Assembly: GCF_001194135.2 (NCBI RefSeq)
Contig: NC_068992.1
Location: forward strand, 12,241,883-12,305,882
From: Octopus bimaculoides
Lineage: Eukaryota
Length of the DNA stretch: 64,000 nt
Direction: 5' to 3'
Of the stretch, positions 1 to 12,760 are shown one piece after another. The position numbers and the translations under genes are program-made. Position 1 is the stretch's first letter, and every line of letters begins with the position of its first letter. Below the pieces are notes generated by a model. It searched no databases and was not told the DNA's origin. It saw nothing but the letters and a program-made list of their open reading frames with translations.

Positions 1-375
1 TATCTTCATGTGAGTGTGAATAGAATATTTTATGAGCTAAAGTGTTAGTTTCTTCGGAATGCGATAAAAAATAAGGAAGCGAAATGGATATGACGTGCCG
101 TGGCTGTCTGTAGAATCTCCATTCTGAAAATGTCAACTAGAATTTTGGCACCGTTCTGAAGGCACACATTCCTGCTCAACGTCGATGATATTCTACATAT
201 TTCTTTAGCTTATCAACATTCAAATCTACATACAAACGGTATGAATATATTTGTATATGTACATAAATACATACACACGTACATGATTCTATATGCAAGC
301 AGGCATGTATGTATCAATATATTTGAATATATATATGCGCGCGCGCGTGTGCGTGTATACGTGCTTGCTTCATAT

Positions 376-409
<34 letters not shown>

Positions 410-904
410 TAGGGTAATAACTTGATACCTTTAGCTCTGTGACTATTTGCATACATATTTATGTGTGTGCGTGCGTGTGTGTGTGAGTGCGTGTGCGCAT
501 GCGTGTTTATAGATTGTTTGAAGTGGTTTACAGATATCATAAATAAAGAAGAATTTGGCAGTCAGAGTTCTGGATAACTATTTATTAGCACCTTCATCTC
601 ATTTCAGAGATTCATCAGCAATTATTTTGTAGAAGAAATTTATACCTTTTACATATATATATATATGTGTGTGTTAGTTGAAAAGAAAAAAAAAATTCAG
701 GAGTTGCCTGTGGAGGAGGATGTTCTTTGTTATTTCGAATCTTCATGTGTGTATGCATAAATAATACATGTATTGATATGTGTGTGCATGTATGAATATA
801 AGTATGTGTGAGTTTGCGGATTACTTTTGGAGGTTTGGTTAGAGGGAGTAAAAAGAATGTTTAAAAGCAGGGCAGGGAGGAAGAAAGAAGGAGAAAAGGA
901 AAAG

Positions 905-936
905 AGAAAGAAGAGAAAGAGTGAGAGAGAGAGAGA

Positions 937-980
<44 letters not shown>
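905..980. repeat. (GA)n microsatellite
   Basis: Direct inspection; source of the spurious SLSLSL ORF 730..1038. Confidence 0.95.
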
Positions 981-983
<3 letters not shown>

Positions 984-1035
984 AGATCTTTTTCTGAGAT
1001 GATAGAAATTGCATTGTTTTTCTTCGATCGCTTAC

Positions 1036-1047
1036 CATAGTAGATAG
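1036..1047 (-). CDS. Candidate 12-nt micro-exon of an unidentified minus-strand gene
   Basis: Minus strand reads cccctttctacAG|ctatctactatg|GTaagc: pyrimidine tract plus CAG acceptor and a near-consensus donor. No homology recognised. Confidence 0.25.
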
Positions 1048-1064
1048 CTGTAGAAAGGGGTTTT

Positions 1065-1122
1065 TTCTTTCTTTCTTTCTTTCTTTCTTCCTTTCTTTCT
1101 TTCGTTCTTTCTTTCTTTCTTC

Positions 1123-1160
<38 letters not shown>
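1065..1160. repeat. (TTTC)n tetranucleotide microsatellite
   Basis: Direct inspection; fills most of the putative intron between the two candidate exons. Confidence 0.95.
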
Positions 1161-1189
1161 ATCTATATTTGTTTCTCTTTCTTTCTTAC

Positions 1190-1245
1190 ATCGTTCTGTA
1201 TGATCTCCAACGCCATTGACTCTTCACCGACACATCAACCTGTTC
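1190..1245 (-). CDS. Candidate 56-nt exon of an unidentified minus-strand gene
   Basis: Minus strand reads gtctcctttgctccAG|gaacagg...cagaacgat|GTaaga. It reads EQVDVSVKSQWRWRSYRT in frame 0, or MALEIIQND from the ATG at 1216. No homology recognised. Confidence 0.25.
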
Positions 1246-1863
1246 CTGGAGCAAAGGAGACATGAAATCCTAAACAGAATTTTTCATCCCAGAGAGGTAA
1301 ATTCTCGAATAGTAAATTCGTAAACAATCTTTGTAATCCCCGAGGATCATCGGGTAGTACACCAAAACACCGCATGACCTCACACGCCAACTCATAAACA
1401 TCCCTCCGCGCGCGTGCACACACACACACACACATACTCATAAATACAATCAGACGCACAGTTAAATGGTCTACACACACAGGCATAAGGCCGACATGTT
1501 CGCTCGTACAAACATACGCTTCTACACAGATATCTGGCCTCCTTTGAAACAATAACCAAACGTCTGAAGTTGCTATCATGGATGCGTGCTTGAATACCAT
1601 TCGACCTCTGAAGGAACTTCTCTCATGCACATTTGTTTGGTTATTTGTTTTCTCATACACAATGGTAAATTATCCATGTGCATTATGTCGGTTAAAAATC
1701 TCTGCAAGTTTGTAGATGTACACGAGAATGTAAATCGACCATATCGCGACATTTGGCTAATTGATTTACGTAATAATGACAGTCGTTTGGATGAAACACG
1801 TAAATGTTTTATACGGTTTAAAATACCTATCACGTTTTTGTGCTCATTGTTATTATTACTATT

Positions 1864-2085
1864 TGGCAGAATCGTTAGCACGCTGGACGAAATGATCAGC
1901 AGTATTTCGGCCGTCGATACATTTTGGACTCAAATTTTGCCGATGTCGATTTTGCCTTTTATCCGTTCGGGGTGGATAAATTAAGTACCACTGAAACACT
2001 GGCGTCGGTGTAGTTGACTAATCCCATTCCCCCCAGATTTCAGGCCTTGTGCCTTTAATAGAAAATATTATTATTATTATTATTA
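1864..2085 (+). mobile_element. SINE family C copy with (ATT)n tail
   Basis: Head tggcagaatcgttagcacg (box-A-like), core ttgccttt-atccgttcggggtggataaattaagtacca, tail caggccttgtgcctttaatagaaaatattattatt. The same sequence recurs about 15 times in the window. Confidence 0.9.
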
Positions 2086-2101
2086 CGCATGGAGAGTTGG
2101 A

Positions 2102-2315
2102 TGAGCTGCCAGTACTGTCAGCACGCAGGAATAAATGCTTATAGCAGTTTTTCCAGCTCCTCACATTTTGTGTTCAAATTCTGCCGAGGTCGACATTGCC
2201 TTTCACCATTTCGGGGGTCGATGAAATAAATATCAGTCGGGCATTGGGGCCGATATAATAGACACGCCCTCTCCTTCAGAGTTTCAAACTTGTACCAACA
2301 GAAGAAAGAATTATC
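2102..2315 (+). mobile_element. SINE family C copy (tandem, directly behind the previous copy)
   Basis: gttcaaattctgccgaggtcgacattgcctttcaccatttcgggggtcgatgaaataaa matches the other copies; box-B-like gttcaaattc. Confidence 0.9.
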
Positions 2316-2352
2316 GCTATAGACACGCGCATAAATATATGTGGATGTGCGG

Positions 2353-2428
<76 letters not shown>

Positions 2429-3452
2429 GAATAAATAATTATACGTGTAAATCACTGTGCTCTGTACCCTTGCTATAAAAATGTAACTTACAAAACCAGC
2501 TCAAAGAAGGTTAACAATTCACTAGGTTACAATAAGTATTGAAGTTGATATGATTGACTGAATCTTTTGAAGAAAGAGTTCAGATGGCCACAGTCGAATG
2601 ACTGACACCAGGAAAATAAATAATAATATATATTGCCTGTAGTGTAATGTCACAAACACTTGTACATTTGAACTTCTAACGGGAAATCACATAACAGCTT
2701 CCAAATTAATTTTCGCACGTCTCATCTTGAAACAGTCAACATTTTGGATCGGACACGAAGAAAATTGCACCCATTCACATTATAGAGCTAGCTACTGAAA
2801 TATTTGGCTTTGTGGCACGTTCAATTTTAACAGATTACATTTTCAGAAATTACAAACACCAGCAGCTAAATTCACATCATTAAATTGTATTAATCAGCAA
2901 AGTGAGACGATGATGTTGTAGATTCGGTTTGGGTGTATGGTTTAAATTGCATCATTCACTTTTAACTGTTAATAATATGTTTCACTTCGCATTGGTTTTT
3001 GTCATGAAGCTCACTGAACATCACTAAATTTCTAGAAATATATTTATATATTTGGAAATTTCGTACGTATATTGTGTATGTTACATATATACATATATAC
3101 ATACATACATATGGCTCCGTCACCATCGGACGTGCAGGTGTTCAGGTCCATTTAAAAAGTCCGTTTTGAACGCCTTTCTATAGAAAATACCGACGTCTCC
3201 AGCCTAAATCGGTAGCTGGTTTATTTCTCCAATAATTGATTAAAGAAACACCTTTTACTCGCCAGCGTAGCGTTATCCTGAACAGATTTTAAAATATACA
3301 TCTGCACCACATGGAATCTCGTTAACACGATTATGGTTGAAACTAACACCACCACAGATGAAAGTAACAACGTCACCACCGATGAAAACAGAACTAATAA
3401 GCATACATACATACATACATACATACATACATACATACATACATACATACAT

Positions 3453-3707
3453 GAAATTTACAGAAAACAAATGACGAAGAGAGGTGTATAAACAACAAAT
3501 AGGTGTATTAGTTTGACGCTCGGGAAGGTGAGAAGGCCTTTGCAAAAATAAAATCTGAACTTAGATACATACATACATACATTCATACACACAAAGGAAA
3601 TTTACAGAAAACAAATGACGAAGAGAGGTGTATAAACAACAAATAAGTGTATTAGTTTGACGCTAGGGAAGGTGAGAAGGCCTTTGCAAAAATAAAATCT
3701 GAACTTA
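3453..3707. repeat. Tandem duplication of a ~111-bp unique segment bracketed by (CATA)n arrays
   Basis: 3453-3563 and 3597-3707 are near-identical (differences ataggtg/ataagtg and gctcggg/gctaggg); no gap lies between them. Confidence 0.9.
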
Positions 3708-3721
3708 CATACATACATACA

Positions 3722-4677
3722 TACAAAAAATCTAACAATGCCGAAAGCCAACTTGAATTAATAACATTTTCAGCTGACATAGGAGTGGAATTTGGCCAAA
3801 AGAAATGTTCATATTTGATAGTTGTTAAACAGGTAAAATCTGTCCCTCCACACCCAAAACTTATGCATCAATGGTCTCAAGATCTTTCCTGTCCCACACA
3901 AAGAATGCTAAAAGTACCTGGACATTGATGAAAATATATCATACAAAATGCTGTGAATAAAACTGAAGTGACCCGAGAATATTGTGGCTGACTTGGAAAA
4001 ATAAAGCTGTCAGAACTCTCCTCTGCAAATCATTTGTAGGACCAGTATTGGGATATTTGACTGATCTGCAGAGGAAATCCACTCCGTAGGCGTGAAAACC
4101 TGCAAGGTTCTGACATCAACAGGAAATCTCCACACAAAAAGTGATAACGACAGCCACTACCTAAGAAGAAATAAAGTAAGTAGAGACTCGAGGTCAGTGC
4201 AGACAGCCTACGAGTGTCGTATAGTCTCTCTCAGATAGCATTACTTAAACGATAACAGCAATAATATATGTACTAAGAGCTGAAAAGCGAGGAGAGCAAT
4301 ATCCAATGTGCGAGCAGCGCGCTCCCCAGGAAGCAATCTCTTTCTGATGACCTCCTCTACGGACCCAAATAATCTGGACTAACATACCTCCAAGAAAATC
4401 TCGATGTGGAATCCTCAGAATAACAAAAAAATGACTAAGCATGGGTATCTTTTCTGAACACTTGAAGAAGATAAAAATATCGATATGAAGCACAGTCTCT
4501 CTTGGACTCTTGACAGCTACAGCATATTACACTTAGAAGGCTATGCATTTGCAATCTAAGAACAGGAGATAGCTATGATATTCCTAAGAAACAAAAGTGA
4601 CAGTGAAGCCTATGGAACTCCAAGGTGATACAGAGAATGTAGATTTTGTCATATTTCCCAGGAAACATCACACAAGA
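3722..4677 (+). mobile_element. Degenerate R4/Dong-like non-LTR retrotransposon fragment (RT C-terminal half to zinc-finger start)
   Basis: Broken translation gives, in the expected order, FSADIGVEFGQKKC (cf. FSNDIGMEFGLDKC), KYLDIDEN (cf. YKYLGI), a GIxxW-like stretch, EGYAFAI*EQEI and CRFCHISQETSH. Stops and frameshifts are present. Confidence 0.75.
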
Positions 4678-5343
4678 TGTATGTATATATGTATGTAGTA
4701 TGTGTGTGTGTACGTATGTATATGCATGTGTGTGTATGTATGTATGTATGTATGTATGTATGAAATAATTTATGTGCGTGCTTGTGTATTTGCGTATGTG
4801 TGTGCATGTATACAAATACACACACTCGTGCACACACACAGAAACACACACACACACACGTAAATAGATGGACGATCATTAGACTCAGTTACACTTACAT
4901 GCGTACACACACACACACACACACGCACACATACACACACACATATGTGCAGCACACAGGTCGAATTGTGAGTCACATGCTTATAAATGTATAGGCACAC
5001 GTACTCAATACACGACCACCAATATCGATATAAATACTCGTCACAAAAAGGAACGCGTCAGACGTAGCAAAACGCTTGAGGATGGATTTGAATATGTGTT
5101 AGAAATTGAATTAGTAATTAAATAAACAAATAAACAAATACATTGATTTAACAAGACTTTCATAATAATTGATTATGATTCGAAACTTAAATTGCAACCA
5201 GTACGGGTGTGTTAGTTAAAAGAATAACGCAATCAAGACTGGAACAGCTTCTTTTTCAACACATACGCTCTCATGAAGAATGTTGCAAGTCATATACATG
5301 TAATTAATCACAGACACATACACACACACACGCAATTCCATAC

Positions 5344-5374
<31 letters not shown>

Positions 5375-5384
5375 TAGTGAGAGA

Positions 5385-5428
<44 letters not shown>

Positions 5429-5446
5429 GAGAGAGAGAGAGAGAGT

Positions 5447-5477
<31 letters not shown>

Positions 5478-6058
5478 GCAGAGACCGAGACAGATGAATG
5501 GAGAGAGACAGAGAGAGAGTTACATGTATGTGCATACATTCGGATATGTATGTTTAACAATGAGTATATATACACCTAAACTGATACGTATAAATATGTG
5601 ATAAATATATTTATGTACGAGTTCATGTCAATGTTCTTGTTTTTTAAAAATATTCTTAGACTGCTTTATATCTTGTAAATATTCACGTAGAGTAAAAATT
5701 ATACTAAACATATACGGCGAATTCAAAGTTTTATGAAAGTTATGCTCATCAAAAGTGTCCTTTTATAATAATAAATTCTCAAATATCAAAATGATTTTGC
5801 TTGCAGCTATTTCCTCAATATATTAAAATATTGCTGGATATAGTTTGAAGGATATAATAGCTTTTATTCTTCAACGCCCGGAGCTGTTTTCATCAATCGT
5901 ATATAGTATATCGCTATAATAATCTCTAAATTATAATACAGCCCGAGTGAGCTTTATGAAAAGAGGATGTCATGAACGTCTGATAGTCAATAGTTGATGA
6001 TCGCGTCACAGATCAAAATGAGTTGTTCACTTTGCATATACATATTCACACACGCACG

Positions 6059-6098
<40 letters not shown>

Positions 6099-6223
6099 GA
6101 AACGAACACTTACATATACACGCATATGCATATAAACATATAAGCGTAAACACATACACACATGTATATATAGAAACATATACACACGCACATACATACA
6201 TATATACATGCTTACATACATAC

Positions 6224-6256
<33 letters not shown>

Positions 6257-6836
6257 TGTATAGCAGCGTATGTTGATGTTCAGTGGCTGAAAGAGAAAAT
6301 GTCGCATGTGTTGTGGGTTGGGATTTCAGCGCTCTAATCTATTTTGTAAAATATACCGAAAGAGTATAGAGTTAGTGTTGTTCTGAATGTACTTTCGTGT
6401 TTTCACGGAAGTGAATACCAGCATGTGTACATAGGCAAAATCCAATCGCGATTTTAACTCAATTTGCCTTCGAGTGAGCCTGTTATATCTTTTAGTTGGC
6501 CTCTGGCTTTGGCCTAAGATGGCGTAAACATTCACCAATTTACAGAACATAATGGTCTGACAGACAGATACGAACTTTATATAAACTTCTCACCATAAAG
6601 CATATATTGTAGCCTACTCTGCAAACCTAAACAGAGTTCTACTACCAAAAGTTTTTAAATCCGTGTTAGTGAGCCAATCTAGTTATGGTGTACACCGCAT
6701 CCTTTTCTTCGCACTGTTATTTCTAGCAAGTCTTATGCCGTAGTTAGACGCTACCTCATTTAAACATTTGGCAAATCTCTGCAAAATCAGTTCTGTTAGG
6801 TAACATTTCTTTGATCTTGGTTTTTACCTCTTTTTT

Positions 6837-6945
<109 letters not shown>

Positions 6946-7957
6946 ATCTTTCTGTTTCTATCTCTGCGGATTATATCCTGAATTCAAAGCATCGAACCTT
7001 GTTGTATTGCATCATGCTTATTTGGCCTCTACAACATTCAAACAACCGGCATTAATTTCACGAGTACGAACATTGTAGCTCGAACGATTGACTGCACCTG
7101 GCCGAGAACGACGAAGAATCCATTTGAAACCTTTAAAAGTATAACTGTGGTAACAGTTTCTCATTAGTATAGTTTCAATTACTTTACGTCACTGTTATTA
7201 CTTGTAATGTATTTTCTTATGTCACTGTTACCGCTGACAGTTCTCTGACTGTTGCTACGTGTGAAGGCCTTACACAAAGACATCGTTTTTATCATCAGTA
7301 TTGTCACTCTTCATTTAAAGGCTGATGCAGTAGTCATCGTTTCGTTCTTTCCGCCCTTCCAAGGACGAATTTATATGCCATCAATATGGGAAATATCTCA
7401 CATATGCACCTTAAACAATGTTGGAGTGTTTAAATGAATCGTTTCCGACAAGATAATGAAAATATAAATTCTTCTCTCAAATGGGGAAGAAATATGAATA
7501 TAAGCCCTATTTGTATTTCTTGATATAACATCCAGAGAATGGAAAAAAAACACATATATTTCTAACTTTTGTTAGATAATGTAAATATTGTGACAAATCA
7601 AGAAGGAACTATTGAAGACACGTTTTCTTTTTCTTCTTCTTTCTTTTTTTTTATTTCAAGTAATCTACGCGTGACAACAATAAAAACAAGTACAAAAGCA
7701 ACAGTAACAATAACTAGTGGAGCCTGTAGATATTCTACATTACACAAATGATCGTATTTCTATTTTCTATATCACATGTATTACTTCATAACATTGTTTC
7801 ATTATGTTAAAGTTTCCAATTATATCTTCGATTTAGCTCAATAGTTTAAAACTGTCGGAGACATGACATCAGGACGTGTTTCATTATCTTAGAGTTTTCG
7901 ATTACATCGTAGATTTCAATGTTTAAAGCGTAACATTCGAACACCTGCGTGACAGTG

Positions 7958-7959
7958 GT

Positions 7960-8030
<71 letters not shown>
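7958..8030. repeat. Compound (CAG)n(TAG)n microsatellite at the 3' end of a minus-strand SINE
   Basis: Direct inspection. Confidence 0.9.
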
Positions 8031-8031
<1 letters not shown>

Positions 8032-8233
8032 TCTTTGTATTATCGGCATAAGGGCTGAAAATTAAGCTTGGGGAGTCAGGGAAACTTTTGATCCAATTCA
8101 TTCCAGTGGATTCGATTGAAATGATGAAAGGCAAAGTCAACGTTGTCGGAGTTTGAACTCTGAACGTAAAGCCGGAAGAATTGCTGCTAAGCATTTTGTC
8201 CAGCGTGCTAGCGATTCTGCCAATTCATTGCCC
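8031..8233 (-). mobile_element. SINE family C copy
   Basis: gatgaaaggcaaagtcaacgttgtcggagtttgaactctgaacgta...tgctagcgattctgcc is the reverse complement of the family C head and core. Confidence 0.85.
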
Positions 8234-8244
8234 TTATGATGATG

Positions 8245-8294
<50 letters not shown>

Positions 8295-8312
8295 ATTAAT
8301 AATAATAATAAT

Positions 8313-8349
8313 TGCGCTCGGTAGTGAAATGAAAGCACGTTATAAAAAT
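8313..8349 (+). mobile_element. 3' tip (37 bp) of the R4/Dong-like element within (TAA)n
   Basis: Matches 8722-8768 apart from one substitution; flanked on both sides by TAA repeats. Confidence 0.75.
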
Positions 8350-8356
8350 AAAACTA

Positions 8357-8394
<38 letters not shown>

Positions 8395-8495
8395 TAATAA
8401 TAATATCGAAGCTCAACTCAAGGATCCTTGTGACTGNNNNNNNNNNNNNNNNNNNNNNNNNNNNNNNNNNNNNNNNNNNNNNNNNNNNNNNNNNN

Positions 8496-8765
8496 TGTGG
8501 AATCTAAAAACAGAAACAATTCCTATCATAGTAGGTGCCTTAGGTACAATAAAAAAATATTCAGACAAATACATAACAAAAACACCAGGACTTACAAATA
8601 TATATAACATACAGAAAATTGCACTACTGGGCACTGCACACATCCTACGCGAAACACTTTCAATACAGTAACCATAAGAGCATCACAACAAACCACAGCA
8701 CATACCCAAGGCACACAGAGCTGCGCTCGGTAGTGAAGTGAAAGCACGTTATAAAAATAAAACTA

Positions 8766-8768
<3 letters not shown>
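8496..8768 (+). mobile_element. Young 3' end of an R4/Dong-like non-LTR element (endonuclease C-terminus plus 3' UTR) ending in (TAA)n
   Basis: Uninterrupted frame 8498-8671: WNLKTETIPIIVGALGTIKKYSDKYITKTPGLTNIYNIQKIALLGTAHILRETLSIQ*. The VGALG and QKIALLGTAHILR motifs are typical of the C-terminus of restriction-like-endonuclease LINEs. Confidence 0.85.
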
Positions 8769-8803
<35 letters not shown>

Positions 8804-9299
8804 TAATAATAATATCGAAGCTCAACTCAAGGATCCTTGTGACTGCCATCACCATATGGGCTGTTGCTGTAGTCCACTATCGTGCACTCATCCTGAGATG
8901 GACACAAGCGAAAGTTATTCTAAGTCTTCCGCAAATTGTTCTTTGACAATTTGATCATTTGAGTAATAAATTCGAGCCTTTGCTAACTTGTGTGAAACAA
9001 GCGTTCCTGCGCTATTCCCAACCATTTCTTTTTGTCACAGCTTGTGTGCCTCCAGAAAAGTCTTTCCGTTTACTCTGGCCAACGTGAAACCAGTGTTAAC
9101 GTTATTCTTCTTTAGTAAAGCATCTACGCAGAGGAACCTAAGAGAATGTCATCTCTCCACAACCAGTGAAATAGGGTACCACTCTTCATTCAAATTTTGT
9201 AAACTCTATGGATTCATGTAGTTCCAAGCAAAATTGTTTTTGTAGATGTCCTACCTTCATATTTGCTACTGTCTGTTCAATCTAGTTGATGAGCTTTGT

Positions 9300-9725
9300 A
9301 CTTACAATAACAACAACAAGTATAAATAACACTCACCTTCTTTGACCAAAGTTTTCGGTCTATTTATTTCCCAAAATCATCATATCTAACTTGCTTTTCA
9401 TTTCTTTCCGATTCTCAGGTATCACCAGGGTAACCAATATCTATGGTGAAACAGGAATTTTCGTCACTGTGCCTGGCTTTCGCCCTTCAATTTCATTGTA
9501 GCATGGGATCATCACATACCACAGTATCTTTACTTTGTCATTCTCAGTTATTCCTTCTGCGCTTTCCCTATATAACCACTTTGCTCCATCAAATACATAC
9601 TTGTCACAACGTTCTCAATGGATCATACTTGGAACACCATTCCTCTTTTATATTCTTTTGCGCCAGCTTCATGCTCTGGTATACATTATTCCATCCAGTC
9701 TCATTTTACTTTCGTACACCCTGCT
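9300..9725 (-). mobile_element. Older degenerate R4/Dong-like fragment (restriction-like endonuclease region)
   Basis: Broken minus-strand translation gives KLAQK, KWLYRESAEGITENDKVKILWYVMIPCYNEIEGRKPG and FTIDIGYPGD (cf. KWYEHKPEGV.EN...KILWDF.IQ.D..IEARRPD..IIDIAVPGD). Confidence 0.7.
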
Positions 9726-9744
9726 ACTGTGTTAAACAACAACG

Positions 9745-9965
9745 GTAATAACAATGGCTTCAACTTTTAGCACAAGGCCCGGCGTTTTAAGGAGAGCGGC
9801 AAAGTCAATTACATATTCCCCGGTGCCGAACTGCTATGCATTTTATCGACCCCGAAATGAAAAACAGCACAGCCGCCGTCGGCGGAATTTGAATTCAGAA
9901 CGTAAAGAGCGGAAGTTATGCTGCAAATTATTTTATCCAAAGTGCAAATCGTTTTCTATTGTTTC
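9745..9965 (-). mobile_element. SINE family C copy
   Basis: tagcacaaggcc...ttttatcgacccgaaatgaa...cggcggaatttgaattcagaacgtaa matches the family in reverse complement. Confidence 0.8.
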
Positions 9966-11877
9966 TAGAAGGACGATTGGTTGATGGACCAATGTAAAGA
10001 CAAGTTTCAGGAAAAGATTTAGGTTTGCAAAGATGTTGAATAAAAGTGATGGTATAAACTGTATATAAATGAGCATAAGACTCACCCTCACCATACAGAC
10101 AACATTTGCTGGGCCCTATGAAAACTCCACAGATCCAGTATTCTCCCGAATAACAACCGAGAGGTCACTCTCTTAACTGTGTTGTACAACGCATAAGCGC
10201 ATGCTGAGTGTAGACTCATTTACATGGGTCGTTCTCGCTACAAACACCACATTTTAGTAGATTGCCTTATAAGGTAATCACTCTTTCAGCTTCACCTATT
10301 TTTCAAACAGGAACTCGAAAAAAGTGACAGTGGCTTGGCTACAGAAGAAAGTATGACATGAATTCTTTCTATTTTGTCAATCATACAATATGTTTTGTCA
10401 TGGCCAAGAGGCATAGGAAGGTACTTACGCATATGAAGGTCCCCATATTTTATTATTCATATTTTTATAATAAAGTTTCCCGCACTTGTCTGTAGATTTT
10501 CGACTCATTTGTAAGTGAAAACCATCACTATTTAATATTAAAAATTAAATCATATTTTCTTCCCTATTTTTCAGACTTTGTCAGTTTAATACAATATATA
10601 AACGATTAAATAAATAAATGTTTACAGATAAAAAGAAAAGTAAAGGAAAGAAACATTTAAGAAACAAGATCACAACAAGAACAACATAACAAATGAATAA
10701 ACAAATATAAAGAATATTGTTTTATACAATGGAAAATTCTAAATGATAAATGAGCTGCTTCACACCGGAAGATTATCTGATAAAGCAAAATTAAAAAAAT
10801 AATAATAATAATTTGAATTATTTGAAACGATTTTCTTAACATAAATTCTTTACTTTTTATATTATGTTAAAAAAAAAAAAGATGATACAAAATTGAAGAA
10901 GAATACAATATTAATAAACGAGAAATGAAACAGAAGAATAGCAACAACAACAAATTTAGGAGAGCACACACAAGAAAATTGCTGTAGAACGCTGGGGAAA
11001 ATTATAGGGTCATATATAAACGATTTTTGGTTTATCATTGATTGAATTAATTCGATATTAATAATTAATGATAAAGGAAATGATTTAATGTCTAGAAAAC
11101 TTAAATGACAATGATACTTTGTTTGGATTCAACTGAAAATAATTGGTTGTGGTTGTTCTTGTGATTCTAGTAGCAGTTGTTGTTGCTTGTGGTGGTTTTG
11201 TTGTTGATGAGATGCAGGTCAGGTTCTCAATGGGCAGATTTATGAGCGAAATCTTTCAGACATCACCGTCTCGTCTTATTTGTAGACATAATTTCCTCGA
11301 CTGCATTATGTAATACAAACTGTCGGTATAATTTCATTTCATTTGAAGTTTAATTTTAGTGAAATTTGAAGTTTAATTTCAGTGAAATCTGATTGCCATT
11401 TCAGGTGTATTGCGAGGCCACGTAGAAGATCCGATCCACTCGTTCGAATCATTTGAAACCCCCTTCAGATTTTTATTTCAAAATTGAATATATAAAAACA
11501 AAACACAACCAACAACTATATTGTTTCATAAATCTAAAAGTACGTATCCAAAATAAATAAAACCATTTGACCTTCTAGACACACTGATACATAATTGCTA
11601 CCGGTGATGTTGGTGTTTAGCTCCAGATCAATGATCACTGATTTGGATTATGTCAAATGAATATCCACCACTACCATCCTGACGTTTCGTAATCACAATG
11701 AGCAACACCGCCAGGAACCAATAACTCTTCTTATTGTTATTGGCTTCTCCGAATAGTCTGCAGACAACTTTTAGCCTTCAGATTCTCTTATTCTTTCTAA
11801 CATTGTATACACCGAAAATGGTGTTATACCATCCTTACAAAAGGTAGCATAGCTAATTATGAAGCAAGTTTTACACG

Positions 11878-11918
<41 letters not shown>

Positions 11919-12329
11919 ACTTACACACACAAACATAAACATATATACAAGGGTCGTGCTGCAGCTTGCTCATGAATGATGATGAAGTTTCGTCATTGAT
12001 ACTATAGAACCAATATTGCTGTTGTTTAGCGTTACGTTCACAAATTTCGTCCAGATCTATAGTTACAGACATTTGCAGCCCAGTGAAACTCATAGCAGTT
12101 TAGATATATTACCAACCTTGACCAACGGGGGATCTAAGTGTGACTCCAACATTGCCGCAAATAGAATTACACCATATGTACAAGACAATTATTGTACAAA
12201 AATACGTCTCTGAAACCAAGGGTGAACGACTATATGATATCAAGAAGCAATTAAATGTGTGAGAAAATATGAAGCCTGTTTTCTTGCTTATTGTGCAACA
12301 TGACAGAACCGACCTGCGGAGAGCTTTTT

Positions 12330-12660
12330 TTTTTTGAGAGAGAGAGAGAATATGGACCCACATTTAGTCCACTACGTGAAACCTTGGATGATGGTTTTTG
12401 CAATAGCTTGGGCTGGAAAAATCTTTGAGAGTAAGATTTCTTGTAGGAGATTTTAAATGTTGGTCGGTGGCATCGTTCAGTTTTGGGCTAGCAAACTTAA
12501 TAAATGGTCAGGTTTAGTGCAATCAACCTGGCAATAACTTCTTTTCTTCCTAACATCAGGTTTGTAACCCCTAAACATGTACGCGTCTGCTGCCCTCCCT
12601 CACGCACCAACAGCATTCGTCTTTGTCGGAAAAAATATGATTTACGTTATTTGTTCCAAC
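12330..12660 (+). mobile_element. Degenerate RTE-like apurinic endonuclease fragment
   Basis: Translated remnants LVGDFK (cf. GDFNA), FSFGLAN (cf. GFG.RN), NLAITSF (cf. L.ITNTFF) and SIRLCRKKYDLR (cf. QIDYILVRK.D.R) occur in the expected order. Confidence 0.45.
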
Positions 12661-12667
12661 TCTACAT

Positions 12668-12760
12668 CTTGAGTTCAAATATCACCGTGGTCAGCTCAGC
12701 CTTTCTTCCATCCGGCATCCCTGGCATAAAGTACTGGACATACTGTAGGGTCGATGTTTT
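12668..12760 (+). mobile_element. Diverged SINE family C fragment
   Basis: gagttcaaatatcaccgtggtcagctcagcctttcttccatcc resembles the box B plus core. Confidence 0.55.

Noticed and set aside
1235-1660. 141-aa minus-strand ORF
   Set aside because: It runs through a (TG)n tract and has no recognisable motif; better explained as chance.
11605-11680. Possible additional ancient repeat family (also about 23560-23640 and 52795-52860)
   Set aside because: Similarity by eye is limited to short motifs (gtttagc, tatgtcaaa); not supportable without alignment.
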